Below the pieces are notes generated by a model. It saw only the letters and a list, made by a program, of their open reading frames with translations. It was not told where the DNA came from and made no database searches. A stretch of 64,000 nucleotides of DNA from Saccostrea echinata. Its lineage: Eukaryota. Shown one piece after another: positions 52,401 to 64,000 of the stretch. Positions within the stretch are counted from its first letter, which is position 1. Each line of letters starts with the position of its first letter. The DNA lies in NCBI RefSeq assembly GCF_033153115.1, contig NW_026889796.1, positions 12,834,001 through 12,898,000 of the forward strand, read 5' to 3'. The translations under genes were made by a program, and so were the position numbers.

Positions 52401-53230
52401 GCATTTGCAATGGTTTGCTCTCGTTTACCGACATGGAATACACATTGGTGGGGTTCATCAAAATCGTTTGTTCTAAGTTACGAATGTATATGTTCTTTTT
52501 GTTTATTTTGGAATATTTCCCCACATAAAATTATCATATTTTCCTATGGGGTCAAAAGCAAGTACAAAGGAAAAGAGGACATATGACGGAAGTCCGTAGT
52601 TTTGAACCTTTTGAGATGACTTTAAATTCGAAACAAAGTCACATATTAATCTATGTCAAACAAACATATACCACAAAAGCAAAATTCAATTTTTTTGTTT
52701 ACATCAATCAATTATTAATCTACAAATCTACAAATTATTGCAGAGTGTGGCAATTCCACTGCCACTGAAACGATATTTTCTGAAATAAGAGATCACCGAA
52801 TAATTATAAGGGATAATATTATGAATAATAAACTAATTATTTACGGTACAATGCAATGTTATATCTCCAACATGTGACTTAAGCTGAAAGCGTATAGCTT
52901 TACTCTGAACTATTAAGAAAAGTTTGATATTTAGAGATGTCGTCAGCTCAAAAAAATGCTAAGGTCAATATTTTGTTGTATTCTCTACTAGAATAAATCT
53001 TAAAGAATCCAAGAAATAAATAATAAATGTACTTATAAGTTTATAATCATTAAACAAGAGACCCCTGGGCCTCAACACTCTGAGTACCTTAGCCATGTTA
53101 TCCTTCAGAAGAAGTTTTATTTCTCTTTATTCTCGTGAAAAAAATTTTGATCTCATTTGGTGATCCCACCCTAGCTTCAAGCTTAAGAGGTCTTAACTTA
53201 TAAAACTTGAAGCACACAAGATTGGGATGC

Positions 53231-53305
<75 letters not shown>

Positions 53306-55512
53306 CATATCAATGTGGCTAACAAAGCCTTGCTGTACTGGAGATTTTCATTTAAATCATGGCCCTGATCATCGAAGTCTAATCATGAACCTACAGTTCT
53401 AGAGGAGATGGTTTATGAAGATTTTTTCCTATACATTTCGATATTAAAATTTGATCCCCTATCCTGGCCCATTCTACCCCTATGGACCATGATTCAAACA
53501 ATTTAGAAGTCCGACAGCTTTCAGATAGATTACGTTTCATATTTTCTCAGTGGTCCTTGAGAAGATTTTAAAATTTCCCATCGTTATTTTTGCATTTTGT
53601 TGATTATCTCTCCTTAAAAAAGCATGGTCCATTTATTTGTACAATTGAATCCCTTCACCCAAAAATATTCAGTGTCAAGTTTGGTTGATATTCACCAATT
53701 GGTTCTGGAGAAGAAGTTGAAAACGTGTGAAGTTTTTGCTAGTTTAATATTTCCTTACCTCCTCATTGCCCTCTTTATTCCTCCCTTTAACTTTGTAGAT
53801 TGTAGGATTAAATGGTCGGCCGTTAATAACCAAGTCGACTTTTCCTACATTTTTAACGTTTGAGTCTACGTCGGCGATGTCTCGTTGACCTGTTGCACTT
53901 GTAGGGCACAGCATAAAAAATACAGTTGACATTCTGCCTAGGTTATTTTGGAAAATATCAGACTTCTTTATCTGTTGAGCTAGATCTAGTAAAACAATTT
54001 TCATTTCAATCAGCCGAAGAATTAAACACCATATGCATCGTTTATACTATTGACTCATATTTAAGGTCGGCGTTGGACAGACAGAATGCTTTGGCGGAAA
54101 ATAAGTGGACGTTTAAGGGGAAATATTTTAGCGGAAGATTTATAGGAGGTTTTAGTGGAAGTTAAATTAGTATGTGGACATTTTAGCGGAAATCTAAGTA
54201 AAATGTATTTATGCTTCTTCCGTTAGTCCGACTAACTCCTTTGCCTCCTGCTTAGCAACAGGGGAGGTGGAAGTAAAATTTTGAGCGGAATATAATGTTC
54301 ATAAAAATACACTTAATGTCTAAAACACCAGCAGTCATTAAATATGAAGACAACCAAAAAGCATAGAAAAACATATTTACACCATTTACATGTCATTATT
54401 GGCTCTGTATCTGTTGATGTTGGGAACTTAGTAAATAGTTGGTCAGTTTTTGCTGACATTACATTGTATTGATTGTCTAAAATAAATAAAATCTACCTGT
54501 GAAAAAAGTCCGCTAAAATGTATATTGCATTTTTACAGATAACTACATTTTCTTAGGATATAAAATGTCCTAAAAATTTTCCGCTAAATTGTCCATTCAC
54601 ACCTTTTGCAATTCAGTTAAAATGCACTTCGCATATTAAAGGTAATGGGTTCGCTAGTGACGGTATGCTTAGCAATTTTGCTAGTCAACATGAATTTTGA
54701 AACTTCTTGCTAAAAGGTTTTTAGATTTTGTTCAAGTAAGATTTTCTAGTCAGGAAATATAAAAAATAATAATAATTTCGCTACATATTTTTGTTAATCA
54801 TATCATGGAAGAGGTAATGATACCTGGTAATATCAACTTCAAATACCCAGCGAAATGTGACCAGGCCATCCCAACAGCGAAGTTTCCAGCTGGTAGAAGT
54901 TGATTTAATTGTACCTCTCCTGTATAACGTACAGAGCAATGTGTTACAATACTCAGCGGAATTCAATAGCATGCAATAAAACCATTTCTACAGTTGGAAA
55001 ACAAACCGATATTCTCGAAATGAAAATCACAATTCCGTACTTTTTAAAGTCCGACACACGGTTTCCATACAACGTTCATGATAATTGTCCACTAAAACCA
55101 TCTGAGTTGCTTGTTGAAGGAAGGGAATTTTTGGTAAGTCTTGGACAGTCATGCCGTCAATTAGAAGCACCATGAGAGACAAACGACCAGTCTGCAGACA
55201 TTGTTCTAAAGCGAGATAGGTCTCTAAAGAAAAGTCTACTTCCTTTGCGCTCTCTGATAGGATTAGAAGTGTTTTTCGACTTTTCTGAATTGCCTTTGCA
55301 ATGCTTTTGTACTGATGTGCTCCAAGTGGAGTAGAGAAACCAGGACGAATATATTTTATATTTTCCCGATCAAAATTGTTTAAAATGGTTTTGAGAATTC
55401 TATATTCGTCATCTTCATTGTAAAAGATAGTGACGTCACTGTCGTCTATTCCCTTTATCCAATCATATTCTTCGTCACTGGAATCGTCACCAGGTGGGCG
55501 CGCTTCCGCCAT
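49482..55512 (-). CDS. STING: TIR-STING-TIR-STING protein, 730 aa, 11 coding exons, no transmembrane segment seen
   Basis: Exons 55512-55041 (TIR1); 54919-54824, 53985-53759, 52326-52134, 51764-51676 (STING1); 51581-51377, 51215-50958 (TIR2); 50770-50672, 50564-50326, 50151-49944, 49588-49482 (STING2). All GT-AG, phase-compatible, no internal stop. STING hallmarks GNFAVGMAWSHFAGYLKLILP and GNVAFGLAWAFHVNYLRHVLP (human [20 protein letters not shown]), plus CAEYPSAL and AGEMLTPV (human VLEYATPL). Confidence 0.92.
53052..53740. mobile_element. Degenerate satellite-containing interspersed repeat (Helentron/HINE-like) with an internal (TA)n
   Basis: Starts aacaagag...gggcc and carries degenerate units of roughly 160 bp with ggttctggagaagaag-like motifs; TA run at 53234-53301. 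The family call comes from my recollection of oyster repeats. Confidence 0.5.
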
Positions 55513-56436
55513 TGTAAAATTCAATCCCTAGAAAAAGAAGAAAACGGTCATTTTTGAATTGATAATTTCTTAATATAATTACGTGTACATGTCATGAGAC
55601 TTCACATATATTAGTTAATCACTTATTTTGAAAGGCATTAATGCCTTTCTGCAAACAGCATTACAGCATTGTTACACAGTTTCTAAATACATCTTCATTG
55701 TAATTAAAATGCTTTATTTTTTCTCCTTTTATTTGTTTTTACCCATAAAAATCACGGATGGTTTCTATGATTCAATAGTTAGATATAAAAACTCTACAAT
55801 TTTAAGATGCAATGAAAACTGTCTTTAGAATCCGACAGTTGTGCAGTTCGTTTACTGTGAATTCCGAATTTATTTTCATTCCTAATTTACTAACATTTTC
55901 CTTTTTTTTACACTGTGTATTCCGACACCCTGTCTATTCCGACACAAAAATTGTCTTCCTGTGCAAGTCGGATTAGACAGGTTTCACTGTATATCATTTC
56001 TGGAGATCAGTGTTACTGAAAATGAGAACATAAATGCATTTCACATGTTAGTTCTATATACAGCTAGTTATTTGAGAGACATATTACTAAATGAGATTTA
56101 CTCTGAAAAGCCTAGATATGTTTGCTGAAATATCCATTACTAAAAACCATTTATAAAGTCTATAGACGTTTTCATTGCCACTGAGCAGAAAACAGGAATA
56201 AACTGCAATAATGTCGTGATGAGATTAGAGAAAACGCTTTGAACTTCCAATAAGAGGTCCATTTTCGAGCCAATATGCAATGACTAAAAGAATCGAGCTT
56301 TTCCGACCGTAATACCCAGTGAAAGACTTATTGACAAATTCTTCGACCGCCAAACATAAACAATTCTGGAATGGCTTCCATTAATGGTGAAGTTGTGACC
56401 TAGGTTTTTTGTTGTCATCTCAGTAGCTGGGGAAAA

Positions 56437-59400
56437 ATGGAGAAATATAAGCATGTTCTACCGGGACAGCATGTCTATAAAGGACGTTTATTTTTTGGTT
56501 TTTCGCCACCAGATGTTCTGGATGCCGTCAAAGATTTTGACGTCAGAGAAGATGACGTTTTTATTGTGACGTACCCAAAAGCAGGTATCTATAACTTTTT
56601 AAATTAAATCAGAATCTTAATGTTGAACATATTTCATACAAAGAAACTTTAAAGGATTTAGGAAATTGAATAAAAGAGTATGTGTTTTTCTCTGTAAAAA
56701 TAATAATAATAATAATAATAATCCTTCGGAATTTTTTGTTACTATCATGAAAATCACAATTATCTCGGCATATTTTTATATTAGCCAATAACTTTTTAAA
56801 ATCATTTAATAATTATTAGTAATAATTAAAAATCGATTCATTATAATTAACTTCACTGCAGATATATATATTTTATAAACAGAAATTAAAATTATTTGAG
56901 TTTTTCCTAGTTGATTTTAACCTCTGATAATACTGTTTGTAAATTATCTTTTTCTTTTTATCATCCTATAAATTTATTGTCTTTAACCCTCCAATTTCAT
57001 CTAACATTTCAAACAACATTATGTAAATAGTTCACTTTGACGCATTATCAGACCGTTCTTGTTTAAGTCAGGGCCGGATGTTGCACCAGAATGACATTAT
57101 ATAACAAGAGACCATGTAACATGAAAATGTCATATCTCTTTCCAAATTTATTTTTAATAATAATAACATATGATGGTTGTGAAAAACGATACCCTTTTTT
57201 CGTGAAGAATATTTTCCCCGTTTTTCTTTTTTATTAAACGTTAAACAATCAAACAGTTTCCGTTTGATAAGTATTTGACCATTTCATTTTTTTTTCTTCA
57301 ATAATACTGGATGAATGATTCATTACAATTATTAAGTTTTTTTTAATTATAGGAAATAAATATACATCTACTTCATTATCTAGATTTTTTTATTAAATGA
57401 ATAACAATCAAACAGTTTCCGTTTTACAAGTATTTAACCATTTCATTTTTTTTTTCGATAATAATGAATAAATATTTCATTACAATGTTTAAGTTTTAAT
57501 TATAGGAATTAATATACATGTTTTTCATTGTATAGATGATTATATTAAATTTGAAATGTGTAATACTATAAAGTCTATTAATTGAACGTCAAAATCTCAA
57601 AAGATGACATGTACATAATTGTATTAGTTTCAAGGCTATATAACTAAGAACCATCTTAAGGAAACACCAATTTTGATAGGTCCTTTTATAAAATTCAATT
57701 TATATGAGATTTGTACTCCTCGCAATAGTAAAATTAATGACCAAGAGGGATCCAAATCTGTATTGAAATGTGCATTGATCAGCTCATTATTATCTTAAAG
57801 TTAGAATGAAACGCGTATACATTTACATATCTTCGGTATTGAAAACAGATTAGGAATCATTTCCTTATTTGCTGACGTGGTTATAATCCTTTAACAACCT
57901 TAATTGTTTGAATTTAAAAAAAAAATATGAGCGTCATCAGATTCATTTTCCCCGTGCAGTACTGTAAATAACCTCGCCGACCCAGGCGACCCACCCTTGT
58001 TTTGCCCTGCAGCGACCCACCATTAATGACCATGCACTTAAGAATATAATTCAACTTACCTTGAGGAAGAAAATTTTCAAAAAAAAAAAAAGTGTGGAGT
58101 CGAAGTCGGGAGAAAATTTTCACTACTGAGAATTTTCTGTATCTAAAAATAGATCAAAGGTATTTACAACTCGTGGGGATTTCCTGTTAAGTCTACTTTC
58201 GGTTCCCCATAAATAAATTGACAACATAAGCTGATGTAAAGGGACACCCAGGAGATCCACCCAGCCCCACCCTAACCCCCAATCTTTGACAGCTGTGTCA
58301 AAAATAGTATTTAAAAACAAGCAAAATTATGATCAGGCTCCCCCTTTAATTTCCCACCAATTTTTTTATTTCCGGATAAGCTGACAATTGACTTTAAAAT
58401 ATGGAACGGTGGGAGTGTTTGATATTTATTACACCGTAATGATATACATTATGTATTTAAACAAAATGAAAAAGAGTATATTAAATATTCAAAACCATAA
58501 AAAGGTAAATTCATTACCTTTATTAAAAAGGTACACCATTCTTTTAAAGCACGAAGAATTTCATAGCATATATGTTGCATACATTGTATATGCAAATTAT
58601 GGATTTCGATTTAAACTATTAAATAAAGATAATGTTGTTCAATAATAATTTCTGAAATTTGTCCTTTTGAATCACTTAAAATCCTTATCTTCCAACAGTA
58701 AAATCCTATTTCAACAACCATTTACGCTAGAGTAATATCATAATTTTTATTTTATATTTTTCAGGCGCGGATCCAGGAATTTTTTCCAGAAGGGGGGGGG
58801 GGGTTCCACCCCAGTCAAAAAAAATTCCAACCCAGAAATTCCTTGACTAAAAAAAAATAAATATCCTTCCAAACCAAACCTATTAAACCATAAAAAATTC
58901 TTGACAAGCAAAACAAAAAAAAACCGTGAAATCCATTTCCCATTGGTCAAAAAAACCTATTTCGAGGTCGTGATGGTGGGGTCCACTTTTTCTTGGGGGG
59001 GGGGGGGGTCCAATGCCATTTTTTATACTTTTTATAACTCTGCAAATTCCGGGGGGGGTTCCGGACCCCCCCTCCCCGCCCCCTTTAGATTCGCGCATGT
59101 TTTTTTTTAATTTTATTTATATATTTATTTATTTATTTTTTGCAAATATTTTGCGATAAAGTCAGATTATTCAAACTTGCAAATTTTCAAAAAATCACTA
59201 CATGTATAAAGTTTTTTATTGACATTTTACAGTAAGCCATAAGTTTATCAAATAAACTGAATTTCCCGGGGGGGGGGGGGGGGGACTGTGGCATTGATCA
59301 AATTGTATATTTTTATATTCACATAACTTGATCTGATTTAACAATATTGATATAATAAAACTATTATACGTTTAAGTAAATAGGTACTTGTTTTAATGAA

Positions 59401-62400
59401 TATCGATCTGTAAAGTAATTTAGTAGAATACATGAATTATACTTTCGATAGATCTTCGAATTTCTACGTACTACATGTATTTCGAAATGCTGTCCTTGTA
59501 ACTTTGAAATACAAAGCACTTGTTAATATATTGAACTAACCATATCTTAACAAATTTACGCTATTTTTTTTTCGTTATAATGAAGCTCTCCTACCTGAGA
59601 AATTAATTTATCTTCAATTTTTTTTTAGGAACAACTTGGCTTCAAGAAATTGTATGGCTGATTGTAAACGATGGAAACATCCAAAAAGCAAAGGTGGAGC
59701 AAGTCTACTTTCGGTCGCCATTTTTGGAATTCAAAGACCTGGTGCTAAACGAAGTAGGCCTCGAACTTGCTAAACCCATGCCCTCCCCAAGGGTCATAAA
59801 AACTCATCTCCCCGTGGATCTGGCACCTACTGGGATCTTCAAAACCAAATGCAAAGTAACATTTATTTATTTCAAATTTATTTATTCATTTATTTATCTT
59901 TTAATTTTGAGGGTTTTTAAAAAAAAAAATTATTTATATATTTATTCATTTATTTATTTATTCATTTATTTTTTTGAGTAAGCTGTTTTTAATAACTTCA
60001 AGCGGAGTTTAAACTTAGTTAGTGAATTTTGAAAAACAAGATTTACCTGCCAAGTATTTTTTTAAAATATATATTTATTTCTTATTATTATTTCAAATTG
60101 TTTACTATTTTATCAATTATTTTCTAATTATAGTGAACGAGGCCAAATGAAAATTAATTTTATATTAGATATTCCACTGCAGGAAGAAACTGTTTTGAAG
60201 TTTAAATTTCTCGTTAAGTTAAAATTTCTCGAACGAGATGTAAAATAACACACAATCAATCAAATATTATTTTTTCATTTCAAATTTTTACATGATTTTT
60301 GTTTATCTTAAACATCACTCTGATTAAAATCAGATCCTTTGATCCGCTCAAATAGATCGCTACACACCTTGTGTAGCGATCAATGTGAGCGGATCAAAGG
60401 ATCTGATTGTAATCAGATTTTCTTAAACATATGATCTGATTTATAAATTTAAATTCTTTCATGAGGAAAGTTAATTCTTCTATAATTGTGAATTACAGAA
60501 ATTCAGTATCATGCAACAATTAATGAACTTATATAATTTTTTCTCATGCATCCAATATTTGTTCACTTGCAAGTAAAAAAAAAAAGTAATGAAATTTTAT
60601 TATCTACAAATATTACAGGATTTTTTTTAAAAATGTATTTCTCCATGGTTACCTTTCTTTATTGTCTCAACAGAAATTAGTCCTGTTTAGGAATCCAAAG
60701 GACCTTTGCGTCTCCTATTTCCACTTTTATCGTTCCAGTTCGTCCTTTGGAAACTTCCAAGGAAGTTGGCCGGAGTTTCTGGAAATGTTTTTAGATGGAC
60801 ATGGTATAATCCTAAATAAATTAATTTCCTTTTCATAAAAATTAAACTGAATTTATTTTTTTATGTTGGAAAATTAATATATGTATTGACTGAAAATTTA
60901 TACTGAATATTTATTTTGTATATGCATTTATAATGTGAGCACCACCTCTCGAGTGGCCTCTTTTATATCGATATCACTACGGCGTCAGAAAATCCCCAGT
61001 GTAATATAAAAAGTGCAGAATTTTCATCCAGATAAATTTAAAATTTTAGACTTAAATGGCATCTTTTTTTTCAAATTCCTGCTAAGCTTACAGTAATTTT
61101 TAATTTTATCGTGGCGTCCGGAAATCTTTAAATGTTAACATTCATTTTCCACAGTCGACCATGGTTCCTGGTTTGATTTCACAAAAGGATGGTGGGATAA
61201 GAGGGATAACTCTGATGTCTATATTTTGTATTACGAGGATATGAAAAAGGTTAGAGTTATCGGACATTTCTTTCTGTGAGGGGAAAAAGTTATTTAAAAA
61301 TTTTCATTGATATAAATTCTTAAGGTATTCAATATGTATAGGTGCGCCTTGGGTATATAACATGTACATGTAATTATGCATGGCATATACATGTACATGT
61401 ATATGATTGTCATTGTGCCCGCATTTTTTATCGATGTATAAAGGATCGTCTCTTTTTTTTTCTTTTCGTAAGGATCTGAAAAATGAAATTAAGAAGATGA
61501 GCTGCTTTCTCGATAAGAGCGACATATCAGAAGATACAGTGGACAAAATAGCCAATCACTGCTGCTTTGAGAGCATGCGCACAAACCCTATGACAAATCA
61601 CCACGACGTATATTCCATCAACAAAGAGATTTCACCTTTACTCCGAAAAGGTTGTATATATGGTATTTCTTTAAAAGCATTTAAAGAATCAAATTACATT
61701 GTAATTCTTTGTCGGTTAAATTGTTGAATAAAAGATGAAGATATGTAAATTGTTAATTTCAAGATCATATCCTGTAGTCATTACCGTCTTTTCAAGAGGG
61801 GTGGGGGTGGGGGTTGGATTTGAACAATTCAATTCAATTCAATTCGTTTATTTACCAATTAAGGGCCCTCATGGGGCAAAAAGAAAGTACATTGTTAAAA
61901 TGTATGTAATGATTATGATCATACACATTAAAAGCCAGGCCTATTTATTAGAGAGTCTAAATACTAAATTATGCTTGCTTAATGCTAACAAGTAACTGAC
62001 TTTAAAAATAAATAAATAAATGAATAATTGTCCAAATGGCCTTTTGTTGTTCTATAGGAGAAAAGACGATTTCTCTCTCTTGTTTTTATCTCTAGGGTTA
62101 TATCATTATTATGTGAAATAATCAATATTTATTTAATATTTGAAAACAAAATTAATCACCCTTCACCTGTACTAAACATTACAATTTTAAAAGTACGTTG
62201 TTTTGTACTTTTTAAGATTATACTCTAAGTCTTATATATAATACAAATGTGTAGGTTTATAATTAGTATGTTCATGAAGGAATATGATACAATGTAAGTT
62301 TTCTTGCAATTCTGGTACATTTCAAGCTGTGATAAAGTGGGCGTATTTGGATATCAATATACAAAAGTAAATTAATTGTCATGTATCTTTTAGTACATGC

Positions 62401-63010
62401 TGAGAATTATTCGTGATTTTTCATTTTTGCATCAAAAGATGATATATTAGTTTCTTGTGTTCAGGTACTCTATCAATATGATTAACAAAATATTATGTCA
62501 TTTAAATGTGTTCATCCATTTGCTATTTCCAAACTGACTGAAATGAATAACATTTTTCACTATATGTAACAAATTGTNNNNNNNNNNNNNNNNNNNNNNN
62601 NNNNNNNNNNNNNNNNNNNNNNNNNNNNNNNNNNNNNNNNNNNNNNNNNNNNNNNNNNNNNNNNNNNNNNNNNNNNNNNNNNNNNNNNNNNNNNNNNNNN
62701 NNNNNNNNNNNNNNNACAAACTTTTTCAGTTTATTTTCAGTTTATAAGTTAATGTATACCCCTTTTCTTCCTTATGAAAGCGTGAATACTAGACTGTGTA
62801 CTCTCCATATAACTTTTTTTTCTGGAGACATGCCAATGATTGTATGTCTGACTCTCGAAAATTGCTTCTTTTGTGCTTTTCATCCCCCTCCCTACAGCAT
62901 GATGAGGATTTGAAATCCTGGATTCTCTCCTGTTTAATGTTTTCGTATTACTTACATTTAGGTTTTTTTTCCTTTTCGTTACAGGTATGATGGGAAATTG
63001 GAAATCTTGA
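56437..63010 (+). CDS. Cytosolic sulfotransferase (SULT1-like); last exon apparently truncated
   Basis: Exons 56437-56584, 59629-59855, 60674-60803, 61155-61249, 61473-61650 and candidate 62985-63010. Motifs TYPKAGTTW (5'-PSB), PRVIKTHLP, RNPKDLCVSYFHF (3'-PB), GSWFD, YEDMKKD, RKGMMGNWK. Confidence 0.88.
57240..57540. repeat. Tandem duplication of about 160 bp in an intron
   Basis: aacaatcaaacagtttccgttt...cattacaat...aattataggaa occurs twice in succession. Confidence 0.75.
58762..59099. mobile_element. MITE with cakgcgcggatc TIRs
   Basis: caggcgcggatcca...tagattcgcgcatg in a T-rich site. Same family as 28216-28523. Confidence 0.75.
60316..60420. mobile_element. Tiny hairpin MITE with 10-bp TSD (Mutator-like)
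   Basis: Palindrome aatcagatcctttgatccgctca...tgagcggatcaaaggatctgatt flanked by tcttaaacat at 60306-60315 and 60421-60430. Confidence 0.75.
62578..62715. other. Assembly gap (138 N)
   Basis: Run of N. Confidence 1.
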
Positions 63011-63027
63011 ATCATTCTTTCCAAGAA

Positions 63028-63760
63028 CTTTTGTCCCCCGCTTTCACGAAAGCGATGGGACATTAAATCTCATTCGCCTGTCAGCCGTCGCCCACGTGGC
63101 GCATTGGTAGAGTGTCTGCTCTGGAGTCGCGGAGTAAGGAGTTGATCCTTACCTCGCGGGTTCGAATCCCACGTGAAGGGACGTGAAGACCGATCTTTCG
63201 GATGAGACCGTATAAACCAAGGTCCCGTGTCGCAGCGCAGTAGATGTCGCCACGAAAAAGATCCCTTACTCCTCAATGGCCCTGAGTGCCGAGTATAGGT
63301 CAAAATTTGCAGCTGTCCACCGGCAAGTGGTGGCGTCTCCATATGAGTGAAAAATTCTCGAGAGGGACGTCAAACAAAAAAAAAAACCCAATCTGTCAGC
63401 CTGTCCGTCTGTCAGCTTGTCTGTCACAAAAAATTAACTTTTGAATGAGAAAAGATGGGGTTTTCATATTTAACATGTACATTACTTGTGATAAGACCTT
63501 TACAAATATACTATGAGTTTTGATCCCGTGACCTTGACCTTGAAGTTTGACTTACTGTTCAAAAATTATAACATTACTCTTACCTTGCTCATAACTTTTG
63601 AATGAAAAGAGATTGGGATTTCATATTTACATGTACGTTACCTGTGACAAGACCTTTCAAAATGTACTGTGATTTTTGACCCCATGACCTTGACCTTAAA
63701 GTTTGACCTACTTTTCAAAATTCATAATTTACAAAGTTATAACTTTTAAATGAAATAAGA
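63028..63760. mobile_element. Helentron/HINE-like repeat with internal units of about 140 bp, interrupted by a SINE
   Basis: Terminal hairpin gtcccccgctttcacgaaagcgatgggac, a (ctgt/ccgt)n microsatellite and tandem units containing tgaccttgacctt-aagtttgac. Confidence 0.6.
63087..63392 (+). mobile_element. tRNA-derived SINE
   Basis: Pol III A box tggcgcattgg, B box ggttcgaatcc, a non-tRNA body, an A-rich tail and a candidate TSD ctgtcagcc (63078-63086, 63393-63401). Confidence 0.85.
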
Positions 63761-63767
63761 TACAGCA

Positions 63768-63848
63768 TAAACTCGCTTGCTTTGAATTTTTTGTCGGGTG
63801 GAAGAAAATTCAAAACGAGCGAGTTTATTGGTCTGCATAGACGACTAA
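63768..63848. repeat. Short hairpin, probable MITE remnant
   Basis: ataaactcgcttgctttgaattt ... aaattcaaaacgagcgagtttat. Confidence 0.6.
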
Positions 63849-64000
63849 AAAGGGTTAGGAGGTGGATAAAACATACAGGTTGGTAACAGAATATATCTAG
63901 AATTAGGGAATGAAAGATAGCTGATTGACCAATGCCGGAAAGTGGAGAAATACATCCCCAACCGTGCGCAGAAAATCTTCCGCCGTAAATTGCACCATAT

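Noticed and set aside
49482-55512. Recent horizontal transfer of a bacterial CBASS TIR-STING
   Set aside because: The gene has ten spliceosomal introns, host-like composition and metazoan-type STING motifs.
62058-62095. Alternative SULT terminal exon (GEKTISLSCFYL*)
   Set aside because: It has a plausible acceptor but lacks the GxxGxWK motif found at 62985.
62498-62719. ORF of X residues
   Set aside because: Artefact of the N gap.
63087-63175. tRNA gene
   Set aside because: A and B boxes run straight into a SINE body with an A-rich tail and TSD, with no Pol III terminator after the tRNA-like head.

Overview
AT-rich eukaryotic (animal) genomic DNA with GT-AG introns. The gene families and repeats point to a bivalve, probably an oyster (inference). 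I assembled exons by hand and checked their reading phases. Genes, left to right: (1) a cGAS-like receptor (Mab-21/cGLR) ORF on the minus strand, running off the left edge and absent from the ORF track; (2) a CAP/PI16-GLIPR-like gene (+) with a near-full-length LINE probably in a 3'-UTR intron; (3) a 414-aa Lys-rich LRR gene (-); (4,5) two tandem calpain-5-like genes (+); (6) an orphan 19-coding-exon gene, all introns phase 0, with eight 96-nt repeat exons, nested antisense in the first coding-region intron of the first calpain; (7) a complete 730-aa TIR-STING-TIR-STING gene (-) whose two STING domains have diverged; (8) a cytosolic sulfotransferase (+) with an apparently broken last exon next to an assembly gap. 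There are also many transposon relics (RTE, CR1/L2-like, Penelope-like, a tRNA-derived SINE, several MITEs, foldback hairpins). Best leads: the single-chain asymmetric TIR-STING tandem, its position about 48 kb from an intact cGLR, and the nested symmetric-exon repeat gene.
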